Assembly: GCA_050251055.1 (NCBI GenBank)
Contig: JBFWNL010000001.1
Location: 587,825-651,824, forward strand
Origin: Bacteriovoracia bacterium
Lineage (GTDB): Bacteria > Bdellovibrionota > UBA1018 > JBFWNL01
Length of the DNA stretch: 64,000 nt
Direction of reading: 5' to 3'
Below the pieces are notes generated by a model. The model was given only the letters and a program-made list of their open reading frames with translations. It was not told the origin of the DNA and made no database searches. This document shows, piece after piece, positions 57,574 to 64,000 of the stretch. Made by a program: the position numbers and the translations under genes. Position 1 is the stretch's first letter; each line of letters begins with the position of its first letter.

Positions 57574-60309
57574 ATGGACAAAACGGGGATCTCCAATCTC
57601 ATTCTCAGCGAAAATCTGCCGGGCGGCTCGGGCTCAATGCAGAGCTTACTCCAAACGGAGGCGATCCCCTCGTCGTCCCACGCTACGGGTCTTCAAACCG
57701 AGTTAGGAAAGTGGTTGGAGAGTTCAGCCAATCCAGCCGCGCCTCCGGTGCAGTCCGCCCTCACGCTCAACTCAAGCCCGCCTACCGGCGGTGCGATCAA
57801 CCCACGGGTGGCACTGCTCGCGCCAGTATTGCTGGACCTCACGCGCCAGATCGTCGACGAACTCGGGCGGAATCTAAACGGCCTCCTCTCGCTAAACCCG
57901 AGCCGTCGCGAAGCGCTTCTCAGACATCTTTGTATGTTGGGTGGAATTGCCGGAGCCAAGAACACGCCCAAAGAGGTGCTGGAGTCGCTGCGCGCGTTCC
58001 TGCACGGGGGCCGCACGCCTCAGCACAGCGTGGCGCTAGCCGCCTATCTTGAGGAAGTCGCGCTCGTGTTCCTGGGTCAAACGCTGCTGCTCAAAGCCTG
58101 GTCCGACCGGAACATTCGCGCATGGGCGCCGACGGATCTCACTAACGTCAACTGGACACTGAGCTTCGCACTCAAACCGTTCGTGCCGCACCAACGCGAC
58201 GGCTGGCAGCTCACGAAGCCTAACCTTTACTCCTGGTTCAATCCCAGCCCCCAGCTGCAGAGTTTGATTTGGCAAACCTTACAGGGTTTAGACCTTTCGG
58301 ACGAGGCACCCACTTTGATGACGGATCTCCTGAAGGGCTGCCAGCAAATCCGCTCCCAGTTGCCAGAGTCGCACGGCTACGACTCCCGTTTCTTCTCGGC
58401 GGTTTGGGGAGCCAGCGGTCGACTGACGCCCGAAGTACGCCAGCGGCATCAGTTTGGCTTCTCCCCCACTTTGCGGGAGGGCAGCCTGGCCCGTTCGGGC
58501 GAAAGCGGCCTGGGAGAAAATTTTCAGTGGATCGGTTCCGAGCTCAATCCGTTTTTATTCCTCTTGGGTGAGCTCACCGCGCTCTGGAGCGGTCCGGCTT
58601 GTCCGCGTTTTTGGCACCTCAGCTCGGGTCTCGAGCTTCATCCCCGCGAGCAACTCTCACTCTCCATGCCGCTCTCGCCGCTGAACGGCCCGAAGTCCTC
58701 ACCACTCGTGCAGTACCTTTCCGAGATGGAGGCCTGCCGAATCGCGTTTGTGATGGAAGACTACGCAATCCGCTCGACCGGAAGAACCGGCGAATCCGCC
58801 TGGTTCCGTGGCGAACTCGCGGGCTTTCCATTCTTCAAAGGATTAAAGGCGCAGGAAACGACCTTAGGCGACCTCCAAGCCTGCGTGGCGCTCAGCAAGC
58901 TCCGCCCCGGCGGGCTCATGTGGTGGACGCGGGAAGAGCCGATCACGGCGCTAGAAGGCCCGGAAACCCTCAAATTCCTGCTCGATCGCGGCAAGCTCCT
59001 CGCCCAATGGGATTTCACCGGCATCGCCCACTCCTTGCCATTGCAACGATCGCTCTTTCCAAAGTACCTCTACCTTTTTGAAAGATGCGCCTCGCTCGAA
59101 GCTCGCAACACCCACCGCCCCCGCATGGTGCGACTACAGGGCCAGATCCGGAGCCACGTCGAAGTGCCGCTCTTTCTTCAAGACGCTATTCAGGAGGCAC
59201 TCGCCGCGAGCCCGGGAGCGGAAACCGAAGGCCGGGGCCATTGGCAAGTCCAGGTGCGCGTGAGCAACACCACCCAGCAGGAATGGGCGGAGCGCTGGCC
59301 GGAGAAAACGTCCGAAGAGATTTACCGTAAGTTCGATCAACTCAAGGAAAACTCCACGCCGCTTGGCCAGATCGCGGGCATCCGCTTGAACCGGAGAGGC
59401 GCCGATGCGCCGTGGATGACCAACCAGCTGCAAGCGGATTCACTACAGGTTCGGGGCGCCGTTCTGCAGATGGGTTCCGAGCAGGAAAACGGAAAACGGC
59501 GAATCGTGACGGCGATCACGGCCCAGCAGCTTGGGAGCACGCCCGCTTCTGACCTTCCCCTCACGATCATCCCGCACCAACCGGAGTTGACAGTCGTACT
59601 GCGCGCCTACCTAGAGAGTCCGGCGGTCGCGGAATGGCTGGAACTCTTCTGCGAACGGAAAAAAGGCGCCTGGGAGCTGAGCGAGGCCTCACTAAAATTT
59701 CTGCCCGTACCGAACGCGCTTTTGGCAAGCCTACGGGAGAACCGCGGCGCCTCGGCCGCGCTTCCCCTCGACGTAAACACGGTGGATCAGCTGGCCGCGC
59801 GTAAGCATGACATCCAGTTTCGGAGCGCCGTTTTCGTCGCCGCCGCCCATGAACTCGAGCGGGCCCGCGCGGATGCGGCACGCCTGGCAGATTTCGTGGA
59901 CGCGAACGGCTCGATTCATTGGAAAGTACTTTTGCGCATCTTACCCAAGAGCGAATGTATCGCCTTCCCGCTGCATCCCGACGTGCGCTTTTCGGGCTCG
60001 CTTCCACCGCACGTGCCGATTCATCGGATCGATCGCGTGAAGTCGAAGCCGCCGGCGCTCCTGCTCGCGACCCAGAGCGGACTTCACCTCAGCCTGAGCT
60101 GCACGCAGCCCCTCTTCCTCGATATGCTTTGGTCGCAGTTCCAGGGCTTGAGCTATCCTACCTGGAACGAACTCGCGCAAAACGCCGTCGTTCCCCGCCG
60201 GACGGAGGTCGCGCAGACCGCCGCTGCCGACATCCTGCGCCGCCATGGCGAAACCGAGCGCCGACGCCAGCTCCTGACCGACATCCTGCACGCCTGTCCA
60301 TTAGTTTAA
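57574..60309 (+). CDS. Large protein with degenerate N6-adenine DNA methyltransferase (Type IIG/TaqI-like) architecture
   Basis: FSPTLREGSL (motif I position), IGSELNP (motif II), AFVMEDY (NPPY position), ALSKLRPGG, FLLDRGKLLAQWDF, TPLGQIAGIR, AYLES...LKFLPVP (TaqI-C-like). Confidence 0.6.
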   Translation: MDKTGISNLILSENLPGGSGSMQSLLQTEAIPSSSHATGLQTELGKWLESSANPAAPPVQSALTLNSSPPTGGAINPRVALLAPVLLDLTRQIVDELGRNLNGLLSLNPSRREALLRHLCMLGGIAGAKNTPKEVLESLRAFLHGGRTPQHSVALAAYLEEVALVFLGQTLLLKAWSDRNIRAWAPTDLTNVNWTLSFALKPFVPHQRDGWQLTKPNLYSWFNPSPQLQSLIWQTLQGLDLSDEAPTLMTDLLKGCQQIRSQLPESHGYDSRFFSAVWGASGRLTPEVRQRHQFGFSPTLREGSLARSGESGLGENFQWIGSELNPFLFLLGELTALWSGPACPRFWHLSSGLELHPREQLSLSMPLSPLNGPKSSPLVQYLSEMEACRIAFVMEDYAIRSTGRTGESAWFRGELAGFPFFKGLKAQETTLGDLQACVALSKLRPGGLMWWTREEPITALEGPETLKFLLDRGKLLAQWDFTGIAHSLPLQRSLFPKYLYLFERCASLEARNTHRPRMVRLQGQIRSHVEVPLFLQDAIQEALAASPGAETEGRGHWQVQVRVSNTTQQEWAERWPEKTSEEIYRKFDQLKENSTPLGQIAGIRLNRRGADAPWMTNQLQADSLQVRGAVLQMGSEQENGKRRIVTAITAQQLGSTPASDLPLTIIPHQPELTVVLRAYLESPAVAEWLELFCERKKGAWELSEASLKFLPVPNALLASLRENRGASAALPLDVNTVDQLAARKHDIQFRSAVFVAAAHELERARADAARLADFVDANGSIHWKVLLRILPKSECIAFPLHPDVRFSGSLPPHVPIHRIDRVKSKPPALLLATQSGLHLSLSCTQPLFLDMLWSQFQGLSYPTWNELAQNAVVPRRTEVAQTAAADILRRHGETERRRQLLTDILHACPLV

Positions 60310-60371
60310 CACCCACCTGGACTTACCATTCACCGGAGCTGCATTTAAAAGTGGGTCCAGCCTGACCCACC

Positions 60372-60387
60372 TGGCACCGAATCTGCA
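60372..60387 (+). promoter_or_regulatory. Putative sigma54 promoter
   Basis: TGGCACCGAATCTGCA, near-consensus -24/-12; preceded by ACCCACCTGG direct repeats (60311, 60365) and an inverted GTGGGT (60351). Confidence 0.65.
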
Positions 60388-60650
60388 ATTTCATCTCCCC
60401 GTGAGACACGCCGGAACCTGAGAGGGTTCCATGAGAGATGAGTGATGGGCAGAAGTGAAAGTGGAGTAGACGCCGAAATGATTTTCGATCGCCAATCCCC
60501 CTTTAAATTTTGTTCAGGACTCGATCTAAACCATCGATTCCGAATTTTCCCCCTTTAATCCCCCCTAATCCCCCCCCGGGCCTCGTTTATCGGAGAACGA
60601 GGCCCGGATCCCCTCTTTCCTTTCGGAAACCGCCCGGTTAGACTTCCTCC

Positions 60651-61367
60651 ATGCGCGAGTTTCCCTGGCATGTGCGCAAGCCCGTGGCCGAGCACGATCA
60701 ATGGTTCCGCAATCTCACCGGTTTGCACGCGCTCACGCGCGCCTGGATCCATGAGCTTCACTTAGAGGCCGAAGCCCCGCACCTGCTTCAACGTGTGATG
60801 AGCCCCCGCATTCAAGAGGCCCTCACGATTCTGGAGACTTTGGACGAACGCTCGGTCCCCAAGGACCTCGAGTCCGTGTTGGGCTCCGACTATCCGGAAG
60901 AGCTGCTGGGACGCCTTGAGCAAACCATCTGGGTCACCCAAACGTGGCTGCTCCGCCACCTGTTTGAAACCACCCCCCAAGACGAGTGGGACGCCCTGAA
61001 AAACTCGCTCGCGCAAAGTTCATGGAAAGCAGGACGAAACTGCGCCGAACAGCGTTGGGGAAAGCTCCCCGAGGTCGCGCGCCGAGACCTGCGAGGAGTG
61101 TTTTCCGCGATCAATGACGGGCCGCTCTCCGGCTTTCCCCACCACCGGGCTTTTCTCGTGGTTCGGGCCCTCCCGGAGCGGATCGAGGCCGAGTTACTGC
61201 ACTGCCCCCATCGCAGCGTGTATCCTGAAATCGTGCTCGCGGCTGACGAACTCTGCCTTCTACACGCCGACTGGATCCGCGGCTACGCCTACGGGATCAA
61301 TACGGAAGTATTGATCGATCACCAAAAAGACGTACGGTGCCGGCAAGTGTGGACACTGCACCAATAG
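60651..61367 (+). CDS. Hypothetical cytoplasmic protein with V4R-like Cys/His C-terminal domain
   Basis: ELLHCPH...LCLLHADWIRG...RC pattern. Confidence 0.6.
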   Translation: MREFPWHVRKPVAEHDQWFRNLTGLHALTRAWIHELHLEAEAPHLLQRVMSPRIQEALTILETLDERSVPKDLESVLGSDYPEELLGRLEQTIWVTQTWLLRHLFETTPQDEWDALKNSLAQSSWKAGRNCAEQRWGKLPEVARRDLRGVFSAINDGPLSGFPHHRAFLVVRALPERIEAELLHCPHRSVYPEIVLAADELCLLHADWIRGYAYGINTEVLIDHQKDVRCRQVWTLHQ

Positions 61368-61386
61368 AGGCTGGATCCGCTTTTAA

Positions 61387-62754
61387 TCAGTTTTCGGGTT
61401 TTTGCTCGCGAGGCTGCTTTTCGAGCTTGCGGTAAATCGTGCGGGAATTCACGCCTAGGATCTTGGCGGCCATGTTCTTGTCGCCCTCGGTCGCCTCCAG
61501 CGTCTTGCGGATCAATAACTCTTCCACTTCCCAGAGCGGGGTGCCGAACGGCACACGGATGTCCTCGCCACGTACTGCCTCACCGGGCTGCGCGCGCAGG
61601 TGCGAGGGCAGATCCTCGGGCTGAAGCTCCTGGGTTTGCGCCAAAACGACCGCGCGCTCGATTACGTTCGCCAGCTCACGCACATTGCCGGGCCAGGGGT
61701 GGCGGGTGAGCACGGCCATCGCTTCGGGGCTAATACCCCGGACGGCCTTTCCGTGGCGTTGATTCGCGGCTTCTATGAAAGAAGACGCCAGCGTCGGCAG
61801 ATCTTCGGTGCGTGCCCGCAGAGCGGGGGTTTGGATCTCAATCACGTCCAAACGAAAGAGCAGGTCCTGGCGGAAGGTTCCCGCCTGGACCATCGCCTTC
61901 AGATCACGATGAGTGGCAGCGAGCAGCCGCACGTTCACCTTCTGCGCGATGGTCGCGCCCACGCGGCGCACTTCGCCCTCCTGGATTGCGCGTAGAAGCT
62001 TCGCCTGCAGCGAAAGCGGCATGTCGCCAATTTCATCCAGGAAAAGAGTACCGCCGTCGGCGCTCTCGAAAAGTCCGGGCCGTGCGGCCGCGGCGCCCGT
62101 GAAAGCGCCCTTCTCGTGCCCGAATAACTCAGACTCCATCAGATGTTCCGGGATAGCTGCGCAGTTGAGCGCGATAAACGGTCGATCCGCTCGCGTGCCC
62201 AGGCGATGAATCGACTGAGCAACGAGCTCCTTACCCGTCCCGCTCTCCCCAAAAATGAGGACCGTAAGCTCCGCTTGCGCCACCTGGGTTACCAGCCGTT
62301 TGAGTTCGGAAATGGCCGGCGACTGGCCCGTGATCCGATCCAATGGGGAAGCTCCCACGGCGGCCACATTTTCCACCTTCAACCCCCGGGTCGCCGACTC
62401 GACCGCATCCAACAACGCTTGGCGCTTAAAAGGCTTCGTCAGGAAATCCACCGCGCCGAGCTTCATCGCCCATACCGCGTCTTCTACTTGCCCGAAGGCC
62501 GTCATCAAAATTACCGGCACTTCCCGCGCGCAAATCGTGATCGCCTTGAGAAACTCCAGCCCCCCCAACCGCGGCATGCGCACGTCGGAGATCACCGCGT
62601 GGTACGGAAAGGTGCGGGAAGCTTGAACCTTCTCGAGCGCTTCCTGACCATCCACAGCCCGCTCTACCGCGTGTCCCGCGATTTCCAGAATGCGCGCCAT
62701 GGAGTCCAAAGCCTGGGGATCGTCATCTACCAGTAGGATTCGCTTCATCGTCAT
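61387..62754 (-). CDS. Sigma54-dependent response regulator (NtrC family)
   Basis: REC domain (LVDDD, SDVRMP), GESGTGKE, ESELFGHEKGAFTGA, WPGNVREL, C-terminal HTH. Confidence 0.96.
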   Translation of the reverse strand: MTMKRILLVDDDPQALDSMARILEIAGHAVERAVDGQEALEKVQASRTFPYHAVISDVRMPRLGGLEFLKAITICAREVPVILMTAFGQVEDAVWAMKLGAVDFLTKPFKRQALLDAVESATRGLKVENVAAVGASPLDRITGQSPAISELKRLVTQVAQAELTVLIFGESGTGKELVAQSIHRLGTRADRPFIALNCAAIPEHLMESELFGHEKGAFTGAAAARPGLFESADGGTLFLDEIGDMPLSLQAKLLRAIQEGEVRRVGATIAQKVNVRLLAATHRDLKAMVQAGTFRQDLLFRLDVIEIQTPALRARTEDLPTLASSFIEAANQRHGKAVRGISPEAMAVLTRHPWPGNVRELANVIERAVVLAQTQELQPEDLPSHLRAQPGEAVRGEDIRVPFGTPLWEVEELLIRKTLEATEGDKNMAAKILGVNSRTIYRKLEKQPREQKPEN

Positions 62755-62755
62755 C

Positions 62756-64000
62756 TTAACCTTCGATTACCGCTTCCGGGGGAACCTGCGGACGCCCCAA
62801 AGCCGCGGCCTGGGAAACGGCTGCGGGCAAGACCATCAGGAAACGCGCCCCCCCTTCTGGACCAGGAGCGTAGGTAACCTCGCCGCCTTGCTCTTCCATC
62901 ACGCGCTTCACGAACGATAGCCCCAAGCCCGTACCGTTGGCGCGGCTGGTTTGAAATGGCTGAAATAGCTTTATCTGCATCGCTTCCGACACCCCGGGCC
63001 CGTTGTCCTCAAGGCAGATCCAAACCTTGCCGCTATCGGTGCCACCCATCCGCCAAGTAACACGCTTTTCCACGATCCCGGCCTCCTGCATCGCCTGCAG
63101 GGAATTGCGCAGCAGGTTTCCCAACGCCTGCTCGAAGAGATCACGATCGATACTCACGATCAGGTCGGCGCCCGGCTCGCGATGCCACTCCGACCGCACC
63201 TCCAGGCTCTGCAAAGTGGTCGCGTAGGTCGCGAGGACCCCTTCGAGTACCACGCCGAGATCCACGATCTGCTTCTTGCCGGACGAAAGGCGCGATAACT
63301 TCAAGTAATTTTCCGTGATTTTATCCAAGCGCTCGACGGACGCCAGGATTGACTGAATCGATTGTTTCAGGAAGCTTTTCTGGGATACCGCATCGACTTT
63401 CTGGGCCGCCTCTAAGGCCATCTCGGCCTCGAGCCCGATCGAATGCAGCGGGTTCCGCACTTCGTGCGCAACCTGGGCGGAAAGACGGCCTACCGCCGCC
63501 AGGTTCTCGGCGAGCTGCAAACGCCGCTGCAAATCCTGTTCTTCAGTCACATCCTCCAGTACTAAAATCGCTCCCGAAGATGGATCCGCCTGCCCCGCCG
63601 AGTTCGACTGCAGCGGCATGAGGCTTCCGCCGTAGATCCGATCCCCGGTTTCGATCGGTGCAAAGCGCAGCGGGGCACGCAAATTCGCGATCTTCTCCCG
63701 CCACGATTCCGGCGCGCAGGCTTTATCCAGGAACGCGGCGAGCTTGGGCCAGCTGTCCAACGGTTTACCGATTACTCCGTGTCCCAGCACCCCGCTGCCC
63801 AGCCAAGCCGTCGCCGCCGGATTACATTGGGTCACCCGCCCCGCGGGGTCGGTCACGAAAAGCGCCGACTTGATGCTAGTCAGAATATTCTCGTTCAACC
63901 CACCCATCTCGCGCAGCTGCTCGTTTTGCTCGGCTAACCGCGTCTGCTGGGTTTCGACCGTTTTCTCCCGCTCCCAAAGGGTATGGGTCATGCGCTGGAA
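62756..64000 (-). CDS. PAS-domain sensor histidine kinase, 5' end beyond the window
   Basis: AHEVRNPL, NLLRNS, EDNGPG, GTGLGL; the frame is open to the window edge. Confidence 0.93.
   Translation of the reverse strand, partial: FQRMTHTLWEREKTVETQQTRLAEQNEQLREMGGLNENILTSIKSALFVTDPAGRVTQCNPAATAWLGSGVLGHGVIGKPLDSWPKLAAFLDKACAPESWREKIANLRAPLRFAPIETGDRIYGGSLMPLQSNSAGQADPSSGAILVLEDVTEEQDLQRRLQLAENLAAVGRLSAQVAHEVRNPLHSIGLEAEMALEAAQKVDAVSQKSFLKQSIQSILASVERLDKITENYLKLSRLSSGKKQIVDLGVVLEGVLATYATTLQSLEVRSEWHREPGADLIVSIDRDLFEQALGNLLRNSLQAMQEAGIVEKRVTWRMGGTDSGKVWICLEDNGPGVSEAMQIKLFQPFQTSRANGTGLGLSFVKRVMEEQGGEVTYAPGPEGGARFLMVLPAAVSQAAALGRPQVPPEAVIEG

Overview
GC-rich, gene-dense bacterial chromosomal segment, most likely from a Bdellovibrionota/Oligoflexia-like predator. 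That assignment is inferred from the Agl/Glt gliding cluster, the secreted subtilases and nuclease, the vWA lipoprotein and the sigma54/sigma28-type promoters. Housekeeping blocks are preT-preA, tgt-yajC-secD-secF-recJ, spoIID-queA, ilvC-like-panB-coaX-coaBC-panC, uvrC, bfd-mrp, rsmD-coaD-aminotransferase and a sigma54 two-component pair. The most notable accessory features are: (1) a bufferin-like RiPP cluster (DUF692/MNIO, DUF2063, YceI in place of DoxX, two 6-Cys precursors) followed by an ECF-sigma/zinc anti-sigma/TM fusion gene; (2) a ~13.5 kb block lying between queA and tgt that carries an Agl-Glt gliding operon with an apparent GltD-GltF fusion and a vWA lipoprotein; (3) a 911-aa protein with a Type IIG/TaqI-like DNA methyltransferase layout but eroded catalytic motifs; (4) other apparent pseudo-enzymes (M23, UDG, His kinase-GGDEF); (5) a MITE inserted into the rsmD stop codon, a candidate structured ncRNA, and two putative CTG starts coupled to upstream TGA stops. 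All family calls come from motif recognition by eye; no database searches were run. No rRNA, tRNA or CRISPR array was seen.
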